This document shows, one piece after another, positions 9,776 through 18,708 of a DNA stretch of 64,000 nt; positions within the stretch are counted from its first letter, which is position 1; each line of letters opens with the position of its first letter. Origin of the DNA: Escherichia phage vB_EcoM_ESCO47. The DNA lies in sequence record OM386662.1. One strand, 5' to 3'. The translations under genes and the position numbers were made by a program. Under the pieces are notes generated by a model, which saw only the letters and a list, made by a program, of their open reading frames with translations, made no database searches and had not been told where the DNA came from.

Positions 9776-10080
9776 TGAAACTACGTCTTTTAGAGGATAT
9801 TGATATGAACACTAATCACCGCTTGGTTAAGTTTATTGACGATAGTTCAAAGATTGAATTTGTTCAGCGAGATAAAATCCACGGTGAAGAAGAGTTCGTT
9901 CCTCCGGCATGGAACGAAATAATGAAAATGGTTGAACGACGTGAAAATGCTGCCAAATCGGCAGCAAAACATCCATGCCCGGAATGTGGAACTATCCAAG
10001 TCCAACTGGTTAACTGGACCACTGATAACTTGAAATTGAAATGTCGTAAATGCTTCCACAAATTTGAGAGAACATTATAA
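9775..10080 (+). CDS. Zinc-ribbon protein
   Basis: CPECG...CRKC motif; ATGA coupling to upstream gene. Confidence 0.45.
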   Translation: MKLRLLEDIDMNTNHRLVKFIDDSSKIEFVQRDKIHGEEEFVPPAWNEIMKMVERRENAAKSAAKHPCPECGTIQVQLVNWTTDNLKLKCRKCFHKFERTL

Positions 10081-10493
10081 TGAGATATAGCCTTCGTTGT
10101 TTTATTGCAGCTTTAGTTTTTGTCATCATTCCATTCATTTGGAGCAGCCAGAATACTTACATGGAAACTAAAGTAATTCCTGTGGAGGTAGTGGAATTAA
10201 TCTCAGGCCAATCTACAGGAAAATATTCTAAATTGGAATTTATTGCAGTTTATAAAGATGAACAAGGTCGAGTTTTTGACAGGCATGTATCTCCATCATT
10301 TTATACGCTTCTGAATAAAGGTGATACGATAGCTATAGAAATTCGTGAGATGGATATCAAACAAACTACTAAAGATAACCTGATTTGGTTCTTTGGTACA
10401 GTGTTGATGTTCTCTATCGGTATCACAGGTTTTATTACATGTATTGTATTTGGTGTTGCATATTTAATCGATGAAAGGAAAAATAATGTTTAA
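10080..10493 (+). CDS. Membrane protein
   Basis: N- and C-terminal hydrophobic helices. Confidence 0.45.
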   Translation: MRYSLRCFIAALVFVIIPFIWSSQNTYMETKVIPVEVVELISGQSTGKYSKLEFIAVYKDEQGRVFDRHVSPSFYTLLNKGDTIAIEIREMDIKQTTKDNLIWFFGTVLMFSIGITGFITCIVFGVAYLIDERKNNV

Positions 10494-10749
10494 AGTGTAT
10501 GGTTATGACTCTACTATTCATAAATGCATTTATTGTGATAATGCGAAACGATTGCTGACTGTTAAGAAACAGCCATTCGAATTCATTAATGTTATGCCAG
10601 AAAAAGGTGTGTTCGACGATGAGAAAATTGCTGAGCTTCTGGTTAAGCTTGGACGTGAATCACAAGTCGGATTGACTATGCCTCAAGTGTTTGCTCCTGA
10701 CGGAAGTCACATTGGTGGATTTGACCAACTGCGAGAATATTTTAAATGA
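10486..10749 (+). CDS. nrdC: Glutaredoxin/thioredoxin NrdC
   Basis: 87 aa from MFKVYGYD; CIYC active-site motif; same length as T4 NrdC. Confidence 0.8.
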   Translation: MFKVYGYDSTIHKCIYCDNAKRLLTVKKQPFEFINVMPEKGVFDDEKIAELLVKLGRESQVGLTMPQVFAPDGSHIGGFDQLREYFK

Positions 10750-11081
10750 ACGATATTGATTTCGCCAAAGCATATAAATTTGTAGCAACTCTTCTCGGCC
10801 CTGACGCTCCTACTAAGCTTGAAGTTTTAAATTCGATTCCGACTTCATTGGTTCGAGATGCTGAAATATGGACATGGGACGACCCGGCTGTTTGTGAAGA
10901 CCTGTATATTCTGATGAATGACTTGATGGTTAAAAAGCCTGAAACAATGGTTACTATTACTGCTGAAGAATATAATCGCCTACAAGCCATAGAAGAGCTT
11001 CTGTGGAACATTGAATCAGCTTTGCCGTCTGGACTAGAATCCTGGATTGATTATGAAGAGCTCAATAAACTCCGCGGTTAA
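10746..11081 (+). CDS. Hypothetical acidic protein
   Basis: 111-aa ORF, ATGA coupled to nrdC. Confidence 0.45.
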   Translation: MNDIDFAKAYKFVATLLGPDAPTKLEVLNSIPTSLVRDAEIWTWDDPAVCEDLYILMNDLMVKKPETMVTITAEEYNRLQAIEELLWNIESALPSGLESWIDYEELNKLRG

Positions 11082-11130
11082 ACCGTGGTATTCGGCTCGA
11101 TGGGAGACTGTCGAGCCGGACGTCGAAACA

Positions 11131-11160
11131 GTTTACAACGACGAAGAAACATGTTATGAT
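11131..11160 (+). promoter_or_regulatory. T4-type early promoter
   Basis: GTTTAC, 18-nt spacer, TATGAT; preceded by an 8-bp inverted repeat at about 11092-11117. Confidence 0.45.
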
Positions 11161-11200
11161 GAACCTTCAATAAATGAATTAATTGATATGGAGTATGGTT

Positions 11201-11614
11201 ATGAATATTTCTGAAACTCGCGGTAAATGGTTCAAGATTGTTAAAGAAGATGAAGAACTACAAGCCAAGTTTCCTGAATTAAAGAAAGGAACAATCATCA
11301 AGGTAATTGGTATTTCAACAACGGCTGACCTGTCTGGTGGCATCGTTGAAGTGATGTTGTCTACTGGCGAGAAACTTTGCATCAACGACCGTGATATTGG
11401 TTTTTGGTGTTTCTGGGAATCTGATTCAATAGATGAACTCGAAGAAATTGACCAAGTAGTTCGTGACAGTGAACTACTTGGTGAATTCGAAGGGGAACGT
11501 ATTTCTTATGCTTTAGCTAAATTAGCCGCACAAGAAAATAATGACGGCTATGAAGGTAATCTGATGCAAGCCGCAGCGGAATACATTGAATATTTAGAAA
11601 GACGTTTAAGTTAA
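11201..11614 (+). CDS. Hypothetical acidic protein
   Basis: ORF-track 11183 start is TTG; ATG at 11201 has GGAG at good spacing. Confidence 0.45.
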   Translation: MNISETRGKWFKIVKEDEELQAKFPELKKGTIIKVIGISTTADLSGGIVEVMLSTGEKLCINDRDIGFWCFWESDSIDELEEIDQVVRDSELLGEFEGERISYALAKLAAQENNDGYEGNLMQAAAEYIEYLERRLS

Positions 11615-11623
11615 AGGTTTATT

Positions 11624-11803
11624 ATGAAAACTGAATTATTTTATGGCGAAAGAAAAAATGGACAAAAATCCTGGAAATTTGTTATGACTGGGGCTCCAAA
11701 CAATCCGACTATGGCTACTTCAATTATTTCAGTAACACGTCCTACTAAGAAAATGATTCGTCAATATAAACGTTTTCATCGAGACTTTTATAACGTTTAC
11801 TAA
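11624..11803 (+). CDS. Small ORF (59 aa)
   Basis: Just below ORF-track cutoff; fills gap before gene 49. Confidence 0.3.
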   Translation: MKTELFYGERKNGQKSWKFVMTGAPNNPTMATSIISVTRPTKKMIRQYKRFHRDFYNVY

Positions 11804-11805
11804 AT

Positions 11806-11837
11806 TATAAATACCCTTATCTATTTAAGGTAAGGGT
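11806..11837 (+). promoter_or_regulatory. Late-promoter-like TATAAATA box plus hairpin covering the gene 49 ribosome-binding site
   Basis: TATAAATA 11806-11813; ACCCTTA/TAAGGGT stem 11813-11837 spans the AAGG/AGGG upstream of ATG 11843. Confidence 0.45.
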
Positions 11838-11842
11838 TTATC

Positions 11843-12316
11843 ATGTTATTATCAGGCGCAAAATATAAAGAAGAAAAACAAAAATTTTATGATGCACAGA
11901 ATGGTAAGTGTCCTATTTGCCACCGTGAATTAGACCCTGATGTTCAAGGTAACCATCTTGACCACGACCACGAATTAAACGGGCCAAAAGCCGGTAGAGT
12001 TCGTGGATTACTCTGTAATCTGTGCAACGCAGCAGAAGGTCAAATGAAGCATAAGTTCAACCGTTCCGGTCTTAAAGGCTGTGATGTCGACTACCTAGAA
12101 TGGCTTGAAGCTCTTCTTGCTTATTTGAAACAAGATTATTCTGATAATAATATCCATCCTAATTTTGTTCCAGACAAAACTAAAGAGTTCTCAAGACTAT
12201 GTAAAGAGGAAATGATGGCTGAGATGCTTCAAAGAGGATTTGAATATAATGAATCTGATACTAAAACACAATTAATAGCTTCATTCAAAAAGCAGCTTAG
12301 AAAGAGTTTAAAATGA
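11843..12316 (+). CDS. 49: Endonuclease VII (Holliday-junction resolvase)
   Basis: 157 aa; CPICHREL...HLDHDHEL...CNLCN zinc/HNH-like motifs as in T4 gp49. Confidence 0.85.
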   Translation: MLLSGAKYKEEKQKFYDAQNGKCPICHRELDPDVQGNHLDHDHELNGPKAGRVRGLLCNLCNAAEGQMKHKFNRSGLKGCDVDYLEWLEALLAYLKQDYSDNNIHPNFVPDKTKEFSRLCKEEMMAEMLQRGFEYNESDTKTQLIASFKKQLRKSLK

Positions 12317-14130
12317 AAATCGAAAAAGAAATTGAAGGATTAATTCATAAAACTAATAAAGATCTTTTGAACGAGAATGCTAATAAAGATTCTCGTGTTT
12401 TTCCAACTCAACGGGACCTTATGGCTGGTATTGTGTCTAAGCACATTGCCAAAAATATGGTCCCGTCTTTTATTATGAATGCGCATGAAAGCGGAATCAT
12501 TCACATGCATGATATTGATTATTCTCCTGCTCTTCCGTTTACTAATTGCTGTTTAGTCGATTTAAAGGGGATGCTTGAGAATGGATTTAAATTAGGCAAT
12601 GCTCAAATTGAAACGCCTAAATCTATTGGCGTTGCTACTGCAATTATGGCACAAATTACTGCACAAGTTGCTTCACACCAGTATGGCGGAACTACATTTG
12701 CGAATGTTGATAAAGTTCTTTCTCCTTATGTTAAACGCACATACGCTAAACATGTTGAAGATGCAGAAAAATGGCAAATACCAGACATTCTGAATTATGC
12801 TCAATCCAAAACAGAAAAAGATGTCTATGACGCATTCCAAGCTTACGAATATGAAGTGAACACGTTATTCAGTTCAAACGGACAAACTCCTTTTGTTACT
12901 ATAACATTTGGAACAGGAACTGATTGGACTGAACGAATGATTCAGAAGGCAATTCTTAAAAACCGCATTAAAGGCCTTGGTCGTGATGGAATAACTCCTA
13001 TTTTTCCTAAACTTGTTATGTTTGTTGAAGAAGGTGTTAATCTTTATAAAGATGATCCGAACTATGATATTAAACAGCTTGCTCTAGAGTGCGCAAGCAA
13101 AAGAATGTATCCTGATATTATTTCAGCTAAGAACAATAAAGCTATCACTGGCTCATCTATTCCTGTTTCTCCAATGGGTTGCCGCAGTTTCTTGAGTGTG
13201 TGGAAAGATTCAACCTGTAATGAAATTCTTGACGGACGTAATAATCTCGGTGTTGTAACACTGAATCTTCCTCGTATCGCATTGGATTCTTATATTGGAA
13301 CACAGTTCAATGAACAGAAATTTATCGAATTATTTAATGAACGAATGGATTTATGTTTTGAAGCTTTGATGTGTAGAATTAGTTCCTTAAAAGGAGTTAA
13401 AGCGACTGTTGCTCCTATTCTTTATCAAGAAGGTGCATTCGGGGTTCGTCTTAAACCTGATGACGACATAATTGAGTTATTTAAAAACGGTAGAAGTTCA
13501 GTGTCTTTGGGATACATTGGTATTCACGAATTGAATATTCTTGTTGGACGCGATATTGGGCAAGAAATTTTAACTAAAATGAATGCTCATCTTAAACAGT
13601 GGACTGAAAGAACTGGATTTGCTTTTAGTTTATATTCTACTCCTGCTGAAAACCTTTGTTATCGCTTCTGTAAACTCGATACAGAAAAATATGGAAGTGT
13701 AAAAGATGTTACCGATAAAGGTTGGTACACTAACAGTTTCCATGTTTCAGTAGAAGAAAATATTACTCCATTTGAAAAGATTTCTCGTGAAGCGCCATAT
13801 CATTTCATTGCGACAGGTGGTCACATTTCTTATGTCGAACTTCCTGATATGAAAAATAACTTAAAAGGACTTGAGGCTGTGTGGGATTATGCTGTACAAC
13901 ATTTAGATTATTTTGGTGTTAATATGCCAGTAGATAAATGTTTTACATGTGGAAGTACCCATGAAATGACTCCTACTGAAAACGGATTTGTTTGTTCAGT
14001 TTGTGGAGAAACTGATCCTAAAAAGATGAATACCATAAGAAGAACATGTGGTTATTTGGGAAATCCGAACGAACGCGGATTTAATCTAGGTAAAAATAAA
14101 GAAATCATGCATAGGGTTAAACACCAATGA
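12313..14130 (+). CDS. nrdD: Anaerobic ribonucleoside-triphosphate reductase
   Basis: 605 aa; C-terminal glycyl-radical region and CxxC...CxxC zinc ribbon; uninterrupted. Confidence 0.9.
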   Translation: MKIEKEIEGLIHKTNKDLLNENANKDSRVFPTQRDLMAGIVSKHIAKNMVPSFIMNAHESGIIHMHDIDYSPALPFTNCCLVDLKGMLENGFKLGNAQIETPKSIGVATAIMAQITAQVASHQYGGTTFANVDKVLSPYVKRTYAKHVEDAEKWQIPDILNYAQSKTEKDVYDAFQAYEYEVNTLFSSNGQTPFVTITFGTGTDWTERMIQKAILKNRIKGLGRDGITPIFPKLVMFVEEGVNLYKDDPNYDIKQLALECASKRMYPDIISAKNNKAITGSSIPVSPMGCRSFLSVWKDSTCNEILDGRNNLGVVTLNLPRIALDSYIGTQFNEQKFIELFNERMDLCFEALMCRISSLKGVKATVAPILYQEGAFGVRLKPDDDIIELFKNGRSSVSLGYIGIHELNILVGRDIGQEILTKMNAHLKQWTERTGFAFSLYSTPAENLCYRFCKLDTEKYGSVKDVTDKGWYTNSFHVSVEENITPFEKISREAPYHFIATGGHISYVELPDMKNNLKGLEAVWDYAVQHLDYFGVNMPVDKCFTCGSTHEMTPTENGFVCSVCGETDPKKMNTIRRTCGYLGNPNERGFNLGKNKEIMHRVKHQ

Positions 14131-14597
14131 ATTATGATAGATTTTATCCTTGTGATTTTGTGAATGGCCCTGGTTGCAGGGTCGTTCTTTTCGTTACAGG
14201 TTGTTTGCATAAATGCGAAGGGTGTTATAATAAATCAACATGGAATGCTAGAAATGGTATTCCATTCACTGGTGAAACACTAGAACAATTAATTGAATGT
14301 TTGAATAATGATTATATAGAAGGATTGACTATAACCGGAGGTGACCCTCTCTATCCTGATAACAGAGATGTGATTCACTCCGTGGTTCAAACTATTAAAA
14401 ATCTTTATCCAAATAAAAGCATTTGGTTGTGGACAGGATATAAGTTTGAAGATATTAAACAACTAGAAATGCTTAAATATGTTGATGTTATTATTGATGG
14501 GAAGTATGAGAAAAATCTTCCGACCAAAAAACTGTGGCGAGGATCAGATAATCAGCGACTTTGGTCAAATACCGATGGGGTGTGGAAACATGATTAA
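14127..14597 (+). CDS. nrdG: Anaerobic RNR activating enzyme (radical SAM)
   Basis: 156 aa; CDFVNGPGCRVVLFVTGCLHKCEGC radical-SAM cysteine motif. Confidence 0.85.
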   Translation: MNYDRFYPCDFVNGPGCRVVLFVTGCLHKCEGCYNKSTWNARNGIPFTGETLEQLIECLNNDYIEGLTITGGDPLYPDNRDVIHSVVQTIKNLYPNKSIWLWTGYKFEDIKQLEMLKYVDVIIDGKYEKNLPTKKLWRGSDNQRLWSNTDGVWKHD

Positions 14598-14712
14598 ATT
14601 GAATTACATTATGGATACTATAAATGGTATGATTTTTAATTTTGGTCCAGAATTTTATTCGCAATACAGTTTAGTGCTTATCAATGCTTGGTTAATCAAT
14701 TAAGGGTAAAAT

Positions 14713-14928
14713 ATGTATAAATTTCGTAAAGGTTTAGCTGATTTTCTTACAACTGTAACGTTCTTTTTGTTTATGGCAGTTGGAGCTATTTTTCTTATTC
14801 CTTTTACTGTTGTATTTTTCATGATTAGTTTAATTTCTCCGGAAAAGGGTTTATCCTCCAGCGAATTCAATGAACGTTTGGACAAAATTACTAATAAACT
14901 GAATTCTGTTCTTGATAAAAAGGCTTAA
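14713..14928 (+). CDS. Small membrane protein
   Basis: Hydrophobic segment TVTFFLFMAVGAIFLIPFTVVFFMISLI. Confidence 0.4.
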   Translation: MYKFRKGLADFLTTVTFFLFMAVGAIFLIPFTVVFFMISLISPEKGLSSSEFNERLDKITNKLNSVLDKKA

Positions 14929-14930
14929 TT

Positions 14931-15242
14931 ATGATTAGTTTTGAGCGGTATGTGGTGGAGAGATGGAATGGGTTTGATATGTTCGGTAATGACTATTATT
15001 TCTATGAATGTAGTCTAAATCCTAGTTTCTGGGCCGGACGTGAATCTGATCTCGAAGAAATTAATGCTCGCGCCGACCTGTTAGGTGAACTCCCTACAGT
15101 ATACTTTAGCTTTGACGAGTCAGGTTTCGTTATCCAAGTTTATTTTCCTGAAGAAAATTCAGGTGATGATTCTGTTAACCCGCCTTATTGGGCTTACCAG
15201 GGGATTATTTCTCGTGGAACAAAACAAGAACCTACAGAATAA
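14931..15242 (+). CDS. Hypothetical acidic protein
   Basis: 103-aa ORF, ATTATG coupling. Confidence 0.45.
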   Translation: MISFERYVVERWNGFDMFGNDYYFYECSLNPSFWAGRESDLEEINARADLLGELPTVYFSFDESGFVIQVYFPEENSGDDSVNPPYWAYQGIISRGTKQEPTE

Positions 15243-15243
15243 A

Positions 15244-15537
15244 ATTGAAATCTACGGTATCCCTGAAGAAGTTGGTCGTTGTCCTGGATGCCATATGGTC
15301 ACAAAACTTTTAAAGGAACTCAATGCTCCTTTTACCTTTTATAAAGTCCTCACTAATAATGGTAAGATTGAATATGACCGTCCTTTAATCGTATCTCTTG
15401 CTAAACGTGCAGGATTCACTTCACTTAATATTCGTTATCCTGTCATATTTTTAAATGATAAGAAACAAAAGAATATTGCAGAGTTTAAAGAGTCTCTAAT
15501 TTCATTAGGATATGACTCTGATATAATCGAAGATTGA
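15244..15537 (+). CDS. nrdH: NrdH-like glutaredoxin (start codon uncertain)
   Basis: IEIYGIPEEVGRCPGCHMV with CPGC redox motif; no in-frame ATG/GTG/TTG between upstream stop (15240-15242) and the motif. Confidence 0.4.
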   Translation: MEIYGIPEEVGRCPGCHMVTKLLKELNAPFTFYKVLTNNGKIEYDRPLIVSLAKRAGFTSLNIRYPVIFLNDKKQKNIAEFKESLISLGYDSDIIED

Positions 15538-15645
15538 CCAGGAGCCGTCTGGTCTTCTTTAACCCACTTCCTATATAATCTATTAGATTTCTTTCCTCTT
15601 TATCACAGTGTGCCCCTCTCAAATCAAAAATATTTTCATAAAGCA

Positions 15646-15674
15646 GTTTACTTTTGCCTATGGTGTGATACAGT
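15646..15674 (+). promoter_or_regulatory. T4-type early promoter
   Basis: GTTTAC, 17-nt spacer, TACAGT. Confidence 0.4.
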
Positions 15675-15702
15675 AGTATTAACAACGTGTAAAGGAGCTC
15701 GT

Positions 15703-16113
15703 ATGAAGATACAAACTGATTCTACCCTAACCGAGCTCCATGAGCAAATAGAAGAACTCGGACTACCATGGTTTGAAGTTCCAATTTATGATTTCACAAT
15801 AGTGCCCTTGACTCCTGAAGATGAGGATGTCGCATCAGAGATATTTGAAGATGTTGAAATCGGTGATTCGTATGGTGTGACTCTTTCGTACAGTTCTGTT
15901 ATAGTTCTTACGATAAACTTGAATGAATCATGGGTGAACACCTTAGCGCATGAAATCGTTCATATCAAAAACAGTATTGCGGCGCATAAAGGGATAAAGT
16001 GGTGTGTAAACAATGACGAGGCTGAAGCCTACCTAGTCGGATGGTTATCTGAACAACTTTTTAAATTTTACACAAATCGTTTAAAAACAGTTTACACACC
16101 AAATGATAAGTGA
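15703..16113 (+). CDS. HExxH-motif protein (possible small metallopeptidase)
   Basis: ATG after AGGAG; LAHEIVHIKNS contains HExxH. Confidence 0.4.
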   Translation: MKIQTDSTLTELHEQIEELGLPWFEVPIYDFTIVPLTPEDEDVASEIFEDVEIGDSYGVTLSYSSVIVLTINLNESWVNTLAHEIVHIKNSIAAHKGIKWCVNNDEAEAYLVGWLSEQLFKFYTNRLKTVYTPNDK

Positions 16114-16119
16114 TACTAT
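16090..16119 (+). promoter_or_regulatory. T4-type early promoter overlapping end of upstream CDS
   Basis: GTTTACA ... GATACTATCGACCTATCAA box. Confidence 0.4.
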
Positions 16120-16330
16120 CGACCTATCAACTACCGATGAGAACATTATGCTTATCAAAGATAAAGAAATTAAAGTTGACTGGTATTATTCGGTAAATGG
16201 CTATCCTGTACAGGTAACCAAAGTGACTGACCAAGATGTATGGTATCGTCCTTTGAAACGGCCTGACTCACCATTAATGGTATGTAATCATTCGGTGTTT
16301 TGTTCGGTAGCAAAGGAAATTAAATCATGA
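16103..16330 (+). CDS. Hypothetical protein (start may be ATG 16148)
   Basis: 75-aa ORF; first 45 nt lie inside predicted promoter. Confidence 0.35.
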   Translation: MISDTIDLSTTDENIMLIKDKEIKVDWYYSVNGYPVQVTKVTDQDVWYRPLKRPDSPLMVCNHSVFCSVAKEIKS

Positions 16331-16575
16331 GCCTGAAAATACACGCAAAGAGAAATGTTATTACCCTGAATCTTGACGACGAACGTTTGATTTTTATTAC
16401 TATCACAGATAAAAATATTGAAATTGCTAATGGTCCTAAGGCTTATTGCTGTCCTGTTAAGAATTGGAAACACGTAACATTTCTTACTTTAGGCGACCTC
16501 CTTGAAGATATTAAATTGGATTTAGGAATTCGAGATATCCAATACATTAAAAATATTATTGATGCTAACTGCTGA
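16327..16575 (+). CDS. Hypothetical protein
   Basis: 82-aa ORF, ATGA coupling. Confidence 0.4.
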   Translation: MSLKIHAKRNVITLNLDDERLIFITITDKNIEIANGPKAYCCPVKNWKHVTFLTLGDLLEDIKLDLGIRDIQYIKNIIDANC

Positions 16576-16582
16576 GGTAACT

Positions 16583-16876
16583 ATGGGTAAAACTATCCGT
16601 CGTAAAGAATTGACTGTAAAAGATTTTTATTATTCAGGACGCCGTAAAGCACCTGACGGTGTAAGTCAGGATCAAGTTGAAGAAAATATCTTCCGTTCCG
16701 ATAAGTGGAAACGTATGCGCGGAACCAGTTCTGAAGTTAAAAAGCATCAAAGCAGCCTTTTACGAGGCGAAGTAAGAAAATTGAAAAAAGATGTTTACAG
16801 TAAAGAGGATTATGATTATAATACTTCTCATACTGAAGCCAAACGTAAAGCCAATGAATGTTTCAAATACAGTTGA
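16583..16876 (+). CDS. Basic small protein
   Basis: Start MGKTIRRKEL after GAGG; Lys/Arg-rich. Confidence 0.4.
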   Translation: MGKTIRRKELTVKDFYYSGRRKAPDGVSQDQVEENIFRSDKWKRMRGTSSEVKKHQSSLLRGEVRKLKKDVYSKEDYDYNTSHTEAKRKANECFKYS

Positions 16877-16886
16877 GGAAATTGAT

Positions 16887-17036
16887 ATGACTATTTTAAC
16901 AGAATCCGTAAAACGCACTCTCTACAAGCAAGGTCTTTATTCACTGCCACGTGCTCCTAAAGCAGATTCAAGCAAATGGACCCTGGCAAAGTGGATTAAG
17001 TTTATTGACGAAAATGGGACTTGGAACACAAAATGA
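16887..17036 (+). CDS. Small ORF (49 aa)
   Basis: ATG preceded by GAGGAAATTGAT, the same 15-mer that precedes ATG 17309. Confidence 0.3.
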   Translation: MTILTESVKRTLYKQGLYSLPRAPKADSSKWTLAKWIKFIDENGTWNTK

Positions 17037-17233
17037 ACACTGAAAATATTGTGTCATGGCAACTTCGTGAAGAACGCGCCGAATTCTTTGCCAACATGAA
17101 ACTCAACGGTGTTGAGGACGAAGACTTTTTACGCTGGTTCTGGATTTACAAATATAAAGAATGCCAACATGCCGTGCTATTGACTTGCGCAGTTATGTAC
17201 GAAGGCTGGAAAGGTGCCAAAAAGTTCGGATAA
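17033..17233 (+). CDS. Hypothetical protein
   Basis: ATGA coupling; 66 aa. Confidence 0.4.
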   Translation: MNTENIVSWQLREERAEFFANMKLNGVEDEDFLRWFWIYKYKECQHAVLLTCAVMYEGWKGAKKFG

Positions 17234-17308
17234 CGATTTACAAACTCTTGGGAGTAGAGTATAATACTCCCAATGGATAATAAAATTTTAATTACCGAGG
17301 AAATTGAT

Positions 17309-17641
17309 ATGTCTACTGAAATCAAAAATGTTGTTAACTCCTTTGCCTACGATAAAGTTGTAGATCTGATGGAAAAAGGCAATTCTGTTACTCCTCAAAT
17401 TCTTGATGCATGGGAAGCGCGCCTTTATGAAATCATGCAGAAACATGATCAAAAAATCGGACGTAATTCAATTCGTGAAATTCTGGTTCAGTACATTCTC
17501 TCTGAATTTGATGTTGCAGCATTTGGTGTTGAATCAAAAGCTTACCAGAAACATGAAATCTCTGAAACGACTATCCGTCGTATGAAGAATCAGCGTAAGA
17601 AAAAATTCGTTGACCTGAAAATTGTTAAGGCGGCAAAATGA
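17309..17641 (+). CDS. Hypothetical protein
   Basis: Start MSTEIKNV after GAGGAAATTGAT. Confidence 0.45.
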   Translation: MSTEIKNVVNSFAYDKVVDLMEKGNSVTPQILDAWEARLYEIMQKHDQKIGRNSIREILVQYILSEFDVAAFGVESKAYQKHEISETTIRRMKNQRKKKFVDLKIVKAAK

Positions 17642-17865
17642 GCTTAAACGAAACTTTGATTAATGACCTTCGTTTAGCTGGTTATGAAGTAAACACCAAT
17701 AACATTGGTTTGATTCAGATCGAAGGTCCTGGATTTATTTTAGAACATGAATTCAATCAGTGGTGGTTATATGAATCATATGACGATTCACTGCATTTTG
17801 AATACGTCGACCAGTTTGATCGTTTAGATGATGCTCTGGAAGCGGCTAAGTCGATGAGTCTATAG
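17638..17865 (+). CDS. Hypothetical acidic protein
   Basis: 75-aa ORF, ATGA coupling. Confidence 0.4.
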   Translation: MSLNETLINDLRLAGYEVNTNNIGLIQIEGPGFILEHEFNQWWLYESYDDSLHFEYVDQFDRLDDALEAAKSMSL

Positions 17866-17879
17866 TCGATAGTATCTCG

Positions 17880-17915
17880 TGCTTTAAGACGGGTCTTCAA
17901 ATATTATGATATAAT
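17880..17915 (+). promoter_or_regulatory. Putative promoter upstream of gene 55 (atypical)
   Basis: TGCTTTA box 17880-17886; TATAAT 17910-17915 followed by AGACCTATGAA box; no clear -35. Confidence 0.3.
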
Positions 17916-17944
17916 AGACCTATGAATTGAGCCAAGAGGTACTT

Positions 17945-18505
17945 ATGACTAATGTAAAGTTAACCAAAAATAACTATGTAAATAACAAAGAGCTTCTCGC
18001 TGCTATAACGGAGTGGAAAAAGGAGCTCCTAAATAATAAAGACCATAATAAAATTGTTCGACAGAATGATACAATAGGGTTGGCAATTATGCTAATTGCT
18101 GAAGGTCTCTCTAAACGTTTTAACTTTTCAGGATACACCCAGTCTTGGAAACAAGAAATGATTGCCGACGGAATTGAAGCTTCTATTAAAGGACTTCATA
18201 ATTTTGATGAGACTAAATACACTAACCCACATGCATACATAACTCAAGCTTGTTTTAATGCTTTTGTCCAACGTATCAAAAAAGAGCGTAAGGAAGTTGC
18301 AAAGAAATATAGTTACTTCGTTCATAATGTCTATGACAGCCATGACGATGATATGGTAGCGTTGGTAGATGAAACCTTTATTCAGGACATTTACGATAAA
18401 ATGACGCATTACGAAGAATCTGCTTATAAAGCTCCTGGGGCTGAAAAGAAGGAAACTGTTCGCGATTCACCAAGTTTGGATTTTTTATATGAGGACGACA
18501 ATTGA
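17945..18505 (+). CDS. 55: Late-transcription sigma factor gp55
   Basis: 186 aa from MTNVKL after GAGGT; [12 protein letters not shown]...EWKKEL region matches my recollection of T4 gp55. Confidence 0.8.
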   Translation: MTNVKLTKNNYVNNKELLAAITEWKKELLNNKDHNKIVRQNDTIGLAIMLIAEGLSKRFNFSGYTQSWKQEMIADGIEASIKGLHNFDETKYTNPHAYITQACFNAFVQRIKKERKEVAKKYSYFVHNVYDSHDDDMVALVDETFIQDIYDKMTHYEESAYKAPGAEKKETVRDSPSLDFLYEDDN

Positions 18506-18707
18506 CATCTCTAATTTTTTAGAAGAACCATTTGATGAAGCATTACCTTATTCCGTAAAAATGTTGGGTCGAGAAGCATTTAAAATTAATTTCGATATCG
18601 ACCCTTTAAATCCACATGACGTATCCTTTTCAATTAATGGACAAGAAGTTGAGTACACGTTTAGTATTGAAGAGGATGGACGTTTTTATTTTAATTTGAT
18701 GAGATAA
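18489..18707 (+). CDS. Hypothetical protein
   Basis: 72-aa ORF overlapping end of gene 55. Confidence 0.35.
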   Translation: MRTTIDISNFLEEPFDEALPYSVKMLGREAFKINFDIDPLNPHDVSFSINGQEVEYTFSIEEDGRFYFNLMR

Positions 18708-18708
18708 T

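Noticed and set aside
12599-12793. Alternative-frame ORFs inside nrdD and rIIB (12599..12793, 58523..58918, 59138..59371)
   Set aside because: Same-strand overlapping frames within strongly supported genes, with repetitive Leu/Lys-rich translations typical of off-frame AT-rich sequence
15085-15243. N-terminal extension of the NrdH-like ORF back to ATG 15085
   Set aside because: The extension overlaps the upstream gene in another frame for about 158 nt and translates to low-complexity junk; the conserved protein starts after the upstream stop
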